The notes: generated by a model from the letters alone, not told the origin. A stretch of DNA of 40,198 bases from Nevskiales bacterium (GCA_041620675.1 JBFKCG010000001.1:1-40198); one strand, 5' to 3'; shown: positions 1-9,234, counted from the first letter of the stretch. Numbers and translations are program-made.

Positions 1-643
1 TGATCGGCCATTCCTGCCCACGCTCGTCGAACAAGGACTTGCACGCAAAGATCGCGGCCTTGGCGTTCAAGGTATCGAAGATGGTCTCAATCAGCAGGAT
101 GTCGGCACCCCCGTCGACGAGGCCACGCGCCTGCTCGAGATAGGCCTCGACCAGTTCGTCGTAGGTTACGTTGCGCGCCGCAGGGTCATTGACGTCCGGG
201 CTGATGCTGGCCGTGCGATTGGTCGGCCCCAGTGCACCTGCAACAAAGCGTGGCTTGTCCGGGGTCTTTGCCGTCCACTCGTCCGCAGCCTCGCGCGCAA
301 GCTTGGCGGCAGCCACATTCATTTCATAACTGAGGTCTTCCATGCCGTAGTCGGCCATCGAAATACGCTGGGCGTTGAATGTGTTGGTTTCAATCAGGTC
401 GGCGCCTGCCTCAAGATACTTGCCGTGGATTTCGCGCACGATCTCCGGCTGCGTGAGCACGAGCAGGTCGTTGTTGCCCTTGAGGTCGCGGTGCCATTGG
501 CCAAAGCGCTGGCCGCGATACTCAGCCTCGCCCAGCTTGTAGCCCTGGACCATGGTGCCCATGGCGCCATCCAGGATCAGGATGCGCTCGCCCAGCAGGC
601 GGCGCAGGAGTGTATCGGCGCTGGCGCCGTTATATCTGTTCAT
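1..643 (-). CDS. metH: Cobalamin-dependent methionine synthase, N-terminal homocysteine-binding domain (partial; the rest of the gene lies beyond the left edge)
   Basis: Not in the ORF track because it runs off the window edge. Manual reverse translation from the ATG at 643-641 gives [37 protein letters not shown]...[32 protein letters not shown]...[62 protein letters not shown]. This is typical of the MetH Hcy S-methyltransferase module. Confidence 0.85.
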   Translation of the reverse strand, partial: MNRYNGASADTLLRRLLGERILILDGAMGTMVQGYKLGEAEYRGQRFGQWHRDLKGNNDLLVLTQPEIVREIHGKYLEAGADLIETNTFNAQRISMADYGMEDLSYEMNVAAAKLAREAADEWTAKTPDKPRFVAGALGPTNRTASISPDVNDPAARNVTYDELVEAYLEQARGLVDGGADILLIETIFDTLNAKAAIFACKSLFDERGQEWPI

Positions 644-730
644 GCGGATAAGCGGAATATTAAACCTGCCCCATTATGGCACAAAGCAGGAACCCGGCGA
701 GCGGCCGGCCCGAGCGCAAACCTTGTGTGC

Positions 731-1285
731 CTAGCGCAGTTTAGTCGAGAGCTGGACGTTATTACCGCCCATTCGGCGTGCCTTGCGCAAGCCTGAGTCC
801 GCAGCAATCAACAGGGAGTCCACGAAGCGGGTCGGTCGGGGCACCATGCTGCCGATGCCAGCGGACACGGTCAGCACCCGGTCGGGCGCAGCCGTGCGGA
901 TATTCTGTGCCTCGACGTCACGGCAGATCGACTCGGCGATCATGCGCGCACCGTGGCGCGTCGCATTGGACAACAGCACCGCGAATTCATGATCACGCAT
1001 GCGGCCGGCAAAATCCGCGCGTCGCCGGCAGTGTGAAACAATCACTTCTGACACGGCCCGCTTGCAGATTGTCGCAGCCTCGCCGCGATATTCACGATAA
1101 TGGTCGATGGACAGCATGATGATCGTGACCCGCTGCTTGCTCCTCTGTGCCCGCTCCCAGTCCTGTTCGGCTCGTTTGCGCAGTAGCTCGCGATCCCCCA
1201 CGCCGGTGACAGGGTCGAAGTTTTCTTCGGCGCGACCTGGGTCCGATAGACGTCGTTGTGGGTGGCTTGTGCTTTCTTGCAGCAT
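731..1285 (-). CDS. Stand-alone degenerate GGDEF-domain protein (RDHEF in place of GGDEF, RxxD I-site retained)
   Basis: The ORF 731..1297 begins with TTG, and the first ATG is at 1285. GGDEF-fold landmarks are present: FDPVTGVGDR, MLSIDHY, CRRRADFAGRMRDHEFAVLLS, SAGIGS and ADSGLRKARRMGGNNV. There is no sensor or TM domain. It is a paralog of 1773..2354. Confidence 0.75.
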   Translation of the reverse strand: MLQESTSHPQRRLSDPGRAEENFDPVTGVGDRELLRKRAEQDWERAQRSKQRVTIIMLSIDHYREYRGEAATICKRAVSEVIVSHCRRRADFAGRMRDHEFAVLLSNATRHGARMIAESICRDVEAQNIRTAAPDRVLTVSAGIGSMVPRPTRFVDSLLIAADSGLRKARRMGGNNVQLSTKLR

Positions 1286-1398
1286 TGCTGACACCAACTA
1301 GCCGACTGAACGGCTGCTGTTCCCTAGGTACCTATGATTCAGGGTAACGGCTGCTGGTACATCCGCCTATGGATGGTTTTTACTGGGGGGTGGCGATA

Positions 1399-1776
1399 TT
1401 AATCGCCTTTGATTTCAAGGCCTTTGTCGGTATGCCGGATCTCGGGCTCGCTTGACACAGACGGAGCGGTGCCTGGCTCCTGGATACGTTGTTCCAGCGC
1501 CCGGCGCGCCAGGCTGTCCTCAGCCTTGGCCGAGGTCTCGGCACGCGCCTTGGCTTCTTTCTTCAGCTGCCATGACTGCTCAATGGTCTGATTGAGGCGC
1601 TCGCCATCACCGACATAAGTGCTGCTGAGCGGCTCATAGGTCTCAGCGATCGGATCATCCACTTGTGCGGCACGCTTGAGCAATCCGCCTTGCTCAGCAG
1701 GCTCCTGTGCCCCTAGCGTCATTGAAGTCAAACCACCCGCCAGCGCCAAAACACGTCCCAATACCGACAATCTCAT
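1399..1776 (-). CDS. Small secreted protein of unknown function (125 aa)
   Basis: The N-terminus looks like a signal peptide (MRLSVLGRVLALAGGLTSMTLGAQEP) and the remainder is charged and helix-prone. Its ATG overlaps the stop of the upstream GGDEF gene as ATGA (1776-1773). Its codon bias is weaker than that of neighbouring genes. Confidence 0.55.
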   Translation of the reverse strand: MRLSVLGRVLALAGGLTSMTLGAQEPAEQGGLLKRAAQVDDPIAETYEPLSSTYVGDGERLNQTIEQSWQLKKEAKARAETSAKAEDSLARRALEQRIQEPGTAPSVSSEPEIRHTDKGLEIKGD

Positions 1777-2354
1777 GATTCCTTATCCCCTCTCACGCAG
1801 ACCACACAATCTCCGCCCTTGTCGGCGGCCTCACCCAAGCCATCATCGGCCATTTTCAGCAGGGAGTCGACAAACCGGTTCGATCGGGCAAGGGTCGAGG
1901 CAACGCTGACCGAGACCCGTATGGAGGATTCTGATGCCACCTCGCCGAGGTCAAGCGCCTTTACTTCGCTGCGTATCTTCTCAGCCAGAGCCAAGGCCCC
2001 CTTCGGAGCGGTCTCACTCAACAGCACTGCAAAATTATGGTCACGCAGCCTGCCGGCAAAGTCCCCGCGCCGTCGACAGGTCTTGGCGATGATGCCCGCA
2101 ATTTTCGACAGGCAGTCATTGGCTGCGGTATCCCCCTGTGCACTCCGGTAAGCGTCGAATCGATCAATCGTGATCAGCATCAACGTCATCGGCCCATGAT
2201 TCTTGCAGCGCCGGTTCCATTCGGTTTCTGCGCGGGCATGGAATTTTGCGCGCGTGGCCAAACCCGTGACGGGGTCAAAATCCTCGTCTACCGAAGTGCT
2301 GGCAATCGCGTCCATGACGCGGCGCCGGGGCCTTTTGTCGGTGAACCTCTGCAT
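1773..2354 (-). CDS. Stand-alone degenerate GGDEF-domain protein (RDHNF in place of GGDEF, RxxD I-site retained)
   Basis: The ATG at 2354 is preceded by GAGAAGG. Motifs present are FDPVTGLATR, MLITIDRF, CRRRGDFAGRLRDHNFAVLLS and ADDGLGEAADKGGDCV. It aligns over its full length with 731..1285. Confidence 0.75.
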   Translation of the reverse strand: MQRFTDKRPRRRVMDAIASTSVDEDFDPVTGLATRAKFHARAETEWNRRCKNHGPMTLMLITIDRFDAYRSAQGDTAANDCLSKIAGIIAKTCRRRGDFAGRLRDHNFAVLLSETAPKGALALAEKIRSEVKALDLGEVASESSIRVSVSVASTLARSNRFVDSLLKMADDGLGEAADKGGDCVVCVRGDKES

Positions 2355-2436
2355 AGGCCGACCTTCTCACCCGTACCTGAGCCAATCAACGAGGTTTAAC
2401 ATTACCACACGCAAACCCACTGCAAATCGGGTGGAG

Positions 2437-3051
2437 ATGGCAACGAAAAGAACAAGCCACGACAGTCAAGCCTTGAGCCGATTGCTGGCTGAAGTACGCG
2501 CCTGCACGGCCTGTGCAGACGTGCTGCCGCTGGGGCCTCGGCCGGTGTTGCGTGCCAGTTCCACCGCGAACTTACTGATCATAGGGCAAGCGCCAGGCAC
2601 AAAAGTGCACGCCAGCGGCATACCCTGGGACGACCCCAGCGGGGATCGCCTAAGGCAATGGATGGGCCTCGACAAGGCCGTTTTCTACGACGAGTCGCGC
2701 ATTGCCATCATGCCGATGGGCTTTTGTTACCCGGGCCGGGGCCGCTCTGGTGACCTGCCGCCCCGACCCGAATGCGCGCAACTCTGGCACGCGCGATTGC
2801 TCGCGCAAATGCCAAAGCTGTCACGGGTGCTGCTGGTGGGCCAGTACGCACAGCGACACTATCTGGGCATCGCCGCCGGGGTGTCACTGACGGAAACCGT
2901 CCGGCGCTGGCGTCACTTCGGCCCGCTGTACCTCCCATTACCCCATCCATCCCCGCGCAACCAGTTATGGCTGAAACGCAATCCCTGGTTTGAGCAAACA
3001 GTCGTGCCCGACTTGCGCCAACAGGTGGCAGGAATCCTGTCACTGCAGTAA
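2437..3051 (+). CDS. Uracil-DNA glycosylase superfamily protein
   Basis: The sequence carries CTACADVLPLGPRPV, LLIIGQAPG (motif A-like) and LPHPSPRN (motif B-like). I trimmed the 282-aa ORF to the internal ATG at 2437 because the upstream part overlaps the GGDEF gene on the opposite strand. The exact start is uncertain because GGAG abuts the ATG. Confidence 0.75.
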   Translation: MATKRTSHDSQALSRLLAEVRACTACADVLPLGPRPVLRASSTANLLIIGQAPGTKVHASGIPWDDPSGDRLRQWMGLDKAVFYDESRIAIMPMGFCYPGRGRSGDLPPRPECAQLWHARLLAQMPKLSRVLLVGQYAQRHYLGIAAGVSLTETVRRWRHFGPLYLPLPHPSPRNQLWLKRNPWFEQTVVPDLRQQVAGILSLQ

Positions 3052-3144
3052 CTTGGTCTTGGCCACACTTCGACATCCACTGACGGGTTAGTCCAGGCAT
3101 GACTGACCAACCTGGCGGATAAAGAAGAAGAATCGAGGTATCCG

Positions 3145-3618
3145 ATGCGACAGTTGAAACTGCTTGTTTGCTCAGCCGTGGTGATCATGGCGGTGGGATT
3201 GACCAGCTGTTCTGGCAAGCCACCCCCCAACCTCGGCATCCGTGACGGTCAGTTGTCACCCTGCCCGGACAAGCCCAATTGCGTATCCTCCCAGGCCACG
3301 GACAAGCCTCATTTCATCGAGCCGCTCGGTTTCTCAGTCCAGACCAACCGAGCGCAGCGAGCGCTAATAAGCGTGCTGCCGGGCATGGAAGGCGCCAAGG
3401 TCATGACCACCGAGCCACTCTATGTGCGCGCGGAATTCACCAGCAATACATTCAAATTCGTGGATGACGTGGAATTCCTGATCGACCCATTGTCGAACAT
3501 CATCCATGTTCGCTCGGCATCCCGGCTGGGCTATTCTGACCTGGGCGTCAATCGCAAGCGGGTCGAGGCAATTCGCCAACAGTTCAACAAGGCACTGGAG
3601 ACAGCAACGCCCGGCTAG
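3145..3618 (+). CDS. DUF1499-family lipoprotein
   Basis: A lipobox is present (VGLTSC) after a signal peptide, and the conserved CPDKPNCVSSQ motif is characteristic of DUF1499. Confidence 0.7.
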   Translation: MRQLKLLVCSAVVIMAVGLTSCSGKPPPNLGIRDGQLSPCPDKPNCVSSQATDKPHFIEPLGFSVQTNRAQRALISVLPGMEGAKVMTTEPLYVRAEFTSNTFKFVDDVEFLIDPLSNIIHVRSASRLGYSDLGVNRKRVEAIRQQFNKALETATPG

Positions 3619-3642
3619 CTCATGGGCCGGTCAAGAAGTCCG

Positions 3643-4890
3643 TCAATTGCCGTCCATCGCGCCAGCCCGCAACACCGTGCGCTGGCCCCCGATCAATACT
3701 TCGCTGCCGTGCAGGGATGACAGGTGCGGATGCGCTGACAGGATCACCTGCAAGGCAGTGGCATCAGCCCGTAGGTAGTAATCCATCCACGCCAGCGAAT
3801 ACAGGCCAGCGATTTCACGACTCCAGGTTGGCGTCGGCACGATCGGGTAATTGGTGTGCTGGGCGTGGCTGGCGGCCTCGGCCACGATCAGCGCCTTGTC
3901 TGATTCCAGCTTGTCGTAAACAGGGCGCACGACCTGAGGGTTCACAAAGGGAATTGGCGCGATGGGCCCATCATGATCGCCCGTTTGCAGCATGATCGGG
4001 ATCGCGCTGTGCACGAAGTCGCTAGAACCCTCGCTGATGGGCGCTGCAGCCACGGCGGCACGGAAACGCGGGTCACGATCCTGCACTTCCAGCGTGGTGA
4101 TCGCTCCCATGCTGTGGCCGATCAGGCCGATCTGCTGGTGGTTGATGAAGCGACGGACGGGTGACTCCGTCAGCAGGTAATCCAAGGCCCGGCTGGTGTC
4201 CGGCACCCGCGTTGCCGCCGTGTCATCGTCAGAACCGGTGGACTTGCCCTGCCCGGTGAAGTCGAAGGCAAACACGATGTAGCCAGCATCCGCGAACAGC
4301 ACATGCCACCACCGGTACATGCCGATATTGCCCTGCAGGCCCTCCAGCGCAACGATCACCGGGAACGCGCCAGCCTTCGGTGGCACCGTGCCGCGGTGTG
4401 GCAACAGGATTTCCCCGTACAGGGTTTCCGCGCCGTTGGCGCTGGCAAAGTACACCGGCACGATGGCAGCTTGGTCGTTGAAATCAGGATGGCCATACCA
4501 GTGGAATGGATGCCCAAAGCGCGAACCGTCCTCGCCTTGCGCGAACATCGCCGCCAGTTGGAATTCACGGATACGGCGATCCCGCGTCTCGGCAAAGGTC
4601 TGGCCAAAGGCAACTGGATCGGTGAGGTCAACGAGCTGTTGCAGGATCAGGGCATCCAGTGCGGCGGCGGGCAGATCGAGCAGTGGCTTGAATTCTGCCG
4701 GTAGTGGAGCAGGCCCTTGCACGGGCGTGGTGGCGGGCCAGGTGCTCGTGGCAAAGCGCGCGCGCGCCGAGGCGCTTTCGCCGCCCTCTGAGCTACTGCC
4801 GCCACCACAGGCTCCAAGCCCGAGCAACAGCATGGGCAGCAGGCAGGCGCGGAACAGGCGCGCGCGGTCACCCCATACGGTGCTGGTCAT
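3643..4890 (-). CDS. Secreted lipoprotein alpha/beta hydrolase
   Basis: It has a signal peptide with lipobox (LLLGLGACGGGSS) and the nucleophile elbow GHSMGA. It starts 12 nt downstream of the preceding hydrolase gene. Confidence 0.75.
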   Translation of the reverse strand: MTSTVWGDRARLFRACLLPMLLLGLGACGGGSSSEGGESASARARFATSTWPATTPVQGPAPLPAEFKPLLDLPAAALDALILQQLVDLTDPVAFGQTFAETRDRRIREFQLAAMFAQGEDGSRFGHPFHWYGHPDFNDQAAIVPVYFASANGAETLYGEILLPHRGTVPPKAGAFPVIVALEGLQGNIGMYRWWHVLFADAGYIVFAFDFTGQGKSTGSDDDTAATRVPDTSRALDYLLTESPVRRFINHQQIGLIGHSMGAITTLEVQDRDPRFRAAVAAAPISEGSSDFVHSAIPIMLQTGDHDGPIAPIPFVNPQVVRPVYDKLESDKALIVAEAASHAQHTNYPIVPTPTWSREIAGLYSLAWMDYYLRADATALQVILSAHPHLSSLHGSEVLIGGQRTVLRAGAMDGN

Positions 4891-4902
4891 GCTGGCCAGC
4901 CC

Positions 4903-6009
4903 CTAGAATCCGGGGACTGGCGTTTCGCCGCGTGAGATTGTCGTTGCGCCACTCATCAGCGCATATAACTTCTCGAAACCGGTCTTGGTGACGATATGCG
5001 TCTCGCTGCCTTCCCATCCGTGGCCGGCGAAGGGACTCTCATATTCCCTGCCACCTCCGGCGAAGAGCGGGCCCATGACGATGCCGGTGGCAGTGGTGCC
5101 CGCCTCGCCGTCACCCTTGCCGCCCACCGTGTAGAGATGCGTGGGTACGCCGACCAGATTCAATGCCAGTGTCATCTCACGACTCTGCGTAGTCGGGACC
5201 AGGCCATCATCGATGGCATGCACCATGATCGCGCCCTTGAGGTAAGCCATGTCCTCGGCGCGCAGCACGTTGGTGATCTCGGCATACTTGTCAGGCACTT
5301 GCTCGATCGTGCCACCGTTTTCCTCTTCCATCTCCTTCTGTGCAACCGCGGCCGCCTTCACGCCCGGTGCGACTGCGCGGATGATCAGGTATTCCTCGAT
5401 CAGGTTATGCACGCCTTCAACCGAGACCCAGTAGTCAAACAGGGGCGAGCCGTCCTCGCGTACGGCGTCGGGTGAGGCGATGGCCACACCGGAGGCATTG
5501 CCCCCCATGCTGATGCCCATCACGAATACTTGGGTGATGGAGGGATATTTCTTGAGGAAATATTTGGTGGCAGCAATCGAATCGGCCGCGCCAGCGCGCA
5601 TGAACCAGCCGTAGTTCTCGACGTCGCCCTCGGTGCGCTGCCCGGTGTAGTCCATTGCCACGGCGACTGCGCCATATTCGGTGGCAGCCTTGCGCAGGTG
5701 GTTCCGCCAGGAGCAGGAGTTGTTATGGCTGCCATGGAACATGACGACCAGTTGTGTCGGATTGGACGTGGGCGGCAAGGCAAACCGTCCCGACGCCAGG
5801 CCGACGCTGCTGGTCAGCTGGATACCGGCATCGCTCATCGCCTGCAGCCTGGGATCACTCTGCGCAGAGCAAGGCGTCTCGATCGTTGAATTTGCCGTGC
5901 CGCCGGCACGCGCGCCACCGCCGTTACCCTCACTGCCGCCGCCGCCACCGCAGCCGGCCACCAGCAGGAAACTCGCCAAAAGGGGCAGATGTCGCCAGAA
6001 CTTGCGCAT
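4903..6009 (-). CDS. Secreted lipoprotein alpha/beta hydrolase / esterase
   Basis: The internal ATG at 6009 is preceded by GAGG and gives MRKFWRHLPLLASFLLVAGCGGGGG (lipobox). The nucleophile elbow is GISMGG. The 25 codons upstream have poor GC3, so I excluded them. Confidence 0.7.
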   Translation of the reverse strand: MRKFWRHLPLLASFLLVAGCGGGGGSEGNGGGARAGGTANSTIETPCSAQSDPRLQAMSDAGIQLTSSVGLASGRFALPPTSNPTQLVVMFHGSHNNSCSWRNHLRKAATEYGAVAVAMDYTGQRTEGDVENYGWFMRAGAADSIAATKYFLKKYPSITQVFVMGISMGGNASGVAIASPDAVREDGSPLFDYWVSVEGVHNLIEEYLIIRAVAPGVKAAAVAQKEMEEENGGTIEQVPDKYAEITNVLRAEDMAYLKGAIMVHAIDDGLVPTTQSREMTLALNLVGVPTHLYTVGGKGDGEAGTTATGIVMGPLFAGGGREYESPFAGHGWEGSETHIVTKTGFEKLYALMSGATTISRGETPVPGF

Positions 6010-6139
6010 AATCAAAGACCTCGGTTTATTGCACTGGCAGCAGTCTATGCCACATTGCCAGCAACCGAAATCGTAGTTATTCATGAATCACGGCCGCTCC
6101 CTAGCCCTGGCTGCAAGGGCCGTGCGGGCGTTATAGCCG

Positions 6140-6688
6140 CTAAATCAGGCCCGCCTGCAGTTGCGCGGCCTCGGACATCATGGACTGGTTCCAGGGGGGG
6201 TCAAAGGTCAGCTCGACCTGTGCATCCTCGATGGTCGGGATTTTCAGCAGCTTGGCCTTGATATCTGCAACAAGGATGTCGCCCATGCCGCAGCCGGGTG
6301 CGGTCAGTGTCATCTTGACGAATACCTGACGACCGCCTTCTGCACGCGGCTCGACCCGACATTCATAGATGAGGCCCAGCTCGACGATGTTGATGGGTAT
6401 TTCTGGATCGTAACAGCCGCGCAATTGTTCCATCACCCGCTGCTCGACATCCGCGTCAGTGGCGCCCTCGGGTAGCGTCATGTCCTCGGCCAGGGTCTTG
6501 CCCAAGGCGTCGGCATCGGCACCTTCAACCCGGAACAAGTGACCATCAACATAAATCGTGAAGCTGCCTCCCAGCGCCTGCGTAATCTTGCATTCAGTGC
6601 CTGCGGGCAAGGAAAACTTGTCACCCGCCGGGATGCGGACGGCGACCAGATCACGGCTCAGGCTGATGGTTTCACTTTCGACAAACAT
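6140..6688 (-). CDS. sufT: Fe-S cluster assembly protein SufT (DUF59/MIP18 family, long form)
   Basis: The sequence carries YDPEIPINIVELGLIY, MTLTAPGCGMG and FDPPWNQSMMSEAA, and its ~180-aa length is typical of SufT. Confidence 0.8.
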   Translation of the reverse strand: MFVESETISLSRDLVAVRIPAGDKFSLPAGTECKITQALGGSFTIYVDGHLFRVEGADADALGKTLAEDMTLPEGATDADVEQRVMEQLRGCYDPEIPINIVELGLIYECRVEPRAEGGRQVFVKMTLTAPGCGMGDILVADIKAKLLKIPTIEDAQVELTFDPPWNQSMMSEAAQLQAGLI

Positions 6689-6844
6689 GGCAACAACTCA
6701 AGGCAGGGAATCTACAGTCCCGAAGGCGGGATGAAATAATAGCGTACCGCGAACACGTCGAAGGTGTTGCCGTGACACTTGGGGCGATGCTGTTGGTGAT
6801 TGCCTCACCCAAGGGCCTCGCCCTGCCCACCGTGCGTGAGGCGA

Positions 6845-8245
6845 TCATGGCACACCGGGGGGCGTCGCGCGCAGGCTGATATTGCGATTGTGGGTTTCGC
6901 GCATCAACAGCGCACCGGTCAGGCCCATCAGCGCCACACCGAGTGACATACCAAGCGCGTGCCGGTAATCCCGCCAGGCGTATTGGCGCAGGCCATCCAC
7001 CACCACGCCATCCCAGGTCAGGTCCATGACCCAGCCGAAGGCCGGCTGCAGCACCGCGGCACCGAGGAAGAGCGAGGTGTTCACCAGCGCGATGGCCATG
7101 CCTGACGTGTGCGGCTTGGCCATTTCCTTGGCGGCGGCATAGGCGGGCACCACCGCCGCCGTGGACAGGCCCATCAGCCCGAACAGCAGATAGCCGGACC
7201 AACCTGTGCTCCAGGGCAACAGAATCATTGATAACCAGCACAGGCAGGAGGTCAGCGCTGCGGTCACCAGCACTGGCTTGCGCCGACCCATCGTGTCTGA
7301 CAGCCAGCCGGACGCGAAGGAGCTAAAGGCAAAACACAGCAGGTTCAGTGTCAGGTAGGTCGAGGCCTCGGCGCGGCTGACACCAAAACGATCCTGGATC
7401 AGTGGCACACCCCACAGCCCATTGAAGGCCAGTCCGTTGCCCAGCATGCCGAAGAAAAACATCATCGCCGGCCACAGCATGCGGTTCGCCAGCACCTCTC
7501 GCAGGCTGTGCCACCAGTGCTGCGAATATTGGGTCACAGGCTCCACTTCGACAATTTCACGCGGGCTGGAGAATCCCGCCTGCTCCGGCGAATCCTTGAC
7601 GTAACGCCAGATGAAAAAGCCCAATGCCAGCGAGAACAGGCCCATGCCAACAAAGACACTGCGCCAGGCCACCACCGTCAACAACAGGGACAGGGGCGCA
7701 GCTGACAGCACCGAGCCGAGGTTTCCGAGCAGCATTACGAAGCCGCTCACAGCGGCATAGCGCCGCTCGCTGAACCAATTGGCATTGTGTTTCATCAGGC
7801 CGATGAAGGCCGTGGAGACGCCAAGCCCGATCATGAAACGACCGATGCCCGCGACCCACAAGGTCGGTGCCAATGCGAACACGATCGAGCCAATGCCGGC
7901 CAGTATCGAGAAGATCGCTACGTTGCGGCGCGGGCCCAGGGTATCGGCCAGGATACCGGCCGGGATCTGCATGGCGGTGTAGATGTAGTAATAAATCCCT
8001 GCCAGCGTGCCCAAGGCCACTGCCGAGGTCTGGAAGGCCTCGCGCAATTCATCCGCGATGACCGCTGGTGCCATGCGATGAAAAAAGGCCACCATGAACG
8101 CGATGGTCAGCAGCGACACGCTGGTCCAGCGCAGGCGCTGGAAGCGCGACTGCTCGTCGGGATGGCTGGGCGCGTAGATGGACATGAAGCCGCGGATTGT
8201 AAGGGATTTCCCGATCAGCGGCCGCGCAGGTAGCATGCGGGTCAT
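6845..8245 (-). CDS. MFS transporter
   Basis: The translation shows about 12 predicted hydrophobic spans and MFS-type loops (e.g. ADTLGPRRN and SDTMGRRKP). The start is uncertain between the ATG at 8245 and the ATG at 8185. Confidence 0.8.
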   Translation of the reverse strand: MTRMLPARPLIGKSLTIRGFMSIYAPSHPDEQSRFQRLRWTSVSLLTIAFMVAFFHRMAPAVIADELREAFQTSAVALGTLAGIYYYIYTAMQIPAGILADTLGPRRNVAIFSILAGIGSIVFALAPTLWVAGIGRFMIGLGVSTAFIGLMKHNANWFSERRYAAVSGFVMLLGNLGSVLSAAPLSLLLTVVAWRSVFVGMGLFSLALGFFIWRYVKDSPEQAGFSSPREIVEVEPVTQYSQHWWHSLREVLANRMLWPAMMFFFGMLGNGLAFNGLWGVPLIQDRFGVSRAEASTYLTLNLLCFAFSSFASGWLSDTMGRRKPVLVTAALTSCLCWLSMILLPWSTGWSGYLLFGLMGLSTAAVVPAYAAAKEMAKPHTSGMAIALVNTSLFLGAAVLQPAFGWVMDLTWDGVVVDGLRQYAWRDYRHALGMSLGVALMGLTGALLMRETHNRNISLRATPPGVP

Positions 8246-8319
8246 GCGCTACGCACTGGCCAAGCCCGCTGCCACGCCACCATCAGCATTACGAGAACCA
8301 CAGTCATCGAGGACATCGC

Positions 8320-9234
8320 ATGGACACGCTCAAGACCATGACCTACGCCGTCACTGGCCGCATTGCCCGCATCACGCTCAACCGACCCGAGCGCGGCAAC
8401 GGCATCACGCTCGACCTGCCGCGTGAGCTGGCCGCATGCGTTGAGAGGGCTGACCTTGACCCGGCGGTGCATGTCATCGCCTTATCCGGCAATGGCAAGG
8501 GCTTCTGTGGTGGCTATGACCTGGTCGAGAGCGCGCAGAACATGTCCAGTGAGGGCTTTGGCGACGACCGGCTCAAAGGCACGGCGCTGGATGCTGCCGT
8601 CATCGCGCAGAACCATCACCCCAAGAAGGTCTGGGACCCAATGCTGGATTACCAGATGATGAGCCGCAACGTGAAAGGCTTCATGTCGCTGTTCCACGCC
8701 AACAAACCCGTCGTGTGCAAGGTACAGGGCTTTTGCGTGGCCGGTGGTACCGACATGGCACTGTGCTCCGACCTGCTGGTGATAGCGGATGACGCCAAGA
8801 TCGGCTACCCACCGGCCCGCGTGTGGGGCTCACCCACGACCTCGATCTGGGCATTTCGCATTGGCATCGAAAAGGCCAAGCGCCTGTTATTTACCGGTGA
8901 CTGCCTGAACGGCAAGGAAGCGGTTGAATGGGGCCTGGCCACCGAATCCGCGCCGGCTGACAGGCTCGACGAGCGCTTCGAGGCGCTGCTGGAGCGCATA
9001 GCGCGGATGCCGATCAACCAGTTGATCATGATGAAGCTGCTGATCAACCAGACAGTGATGGCTGCCGGCCTGCACAGCACCCAGGTCATTGGCACCGTGT
9101 TTGATGGCATTACCCGGCATACCCAGGAAGGTTATGCCTTCCAGATGCGCGCTGCCGAAGCCGGGTTCAAGCAGGCCGTGCGTGAACGGGACGAGCCGTT
9201 TGGTGATCCGGGCCCGAGCACTTTCAAGGGTTAG
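8320..9234 (+). CDS. Enoyl-CoA hydratase/isomerase (crotonase) family protein
   Basis: The sequence carries ARITLNRPERGNGIT, VIALSGNGKGFCGGYDL and the CVAGGTDMAL oxyanion-hole region. Confidence 0.85.
   Translation: MDTLKTMTYAVTGRIARITLNRPERGNGITLDLPRELAACVERADLDPAVHVIALSGNGKGFCGGYDLVESAQNMSSEGFGDDRLKGTALDAAVIAQNHHPKKVWDPMLDYQMMSRNVKGFMSLFHANKPVVCKVQGFCVAGGTDMALCSDLLVIADDAKIGYPPARVWGSPTTSIWAFRIGIEKAKRLLFTGDCLNGKEAVEWGLATESAPADRLDERFEALLERIARMPINQLIMMKLLINQTVMAAGLHSTQVIGTVFDGITRHTQEGYAFQMRAAEAGFKQAVRERDEPFGDPGPSTFKG

Noticed and set aside
2203-2436. The upstream 78 codons of the UDG-family ORF.
   Set aside because: They overlap the 5' end of the GGDEF gene on the opposite strand and the divergent promoter region. 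UDG homology starts after the ATG at 2437.
6010-6084. A Cys-rich N-terminal extension (MNNYDFGCWQCGIDCCQCNKPRSLI) of the second lipoprotein hydrolase, which could have been a metal-binding or leader peptide.
   Set aside because: Its codons have poor GC3. The internal ATG at 6009 has a GAGG SD and yields a canonical lipoprotein signal peptide, so the extension is probably untranslated.
6672-7241. A 189-aa minus-strand ORF overlapping the 3' part of the MFS gene.
   Set aside because: It is out of frame within a clear MFS transporter gene, and its Arg/Gly/Ala-rich translation is typical of an off-frame artefact.
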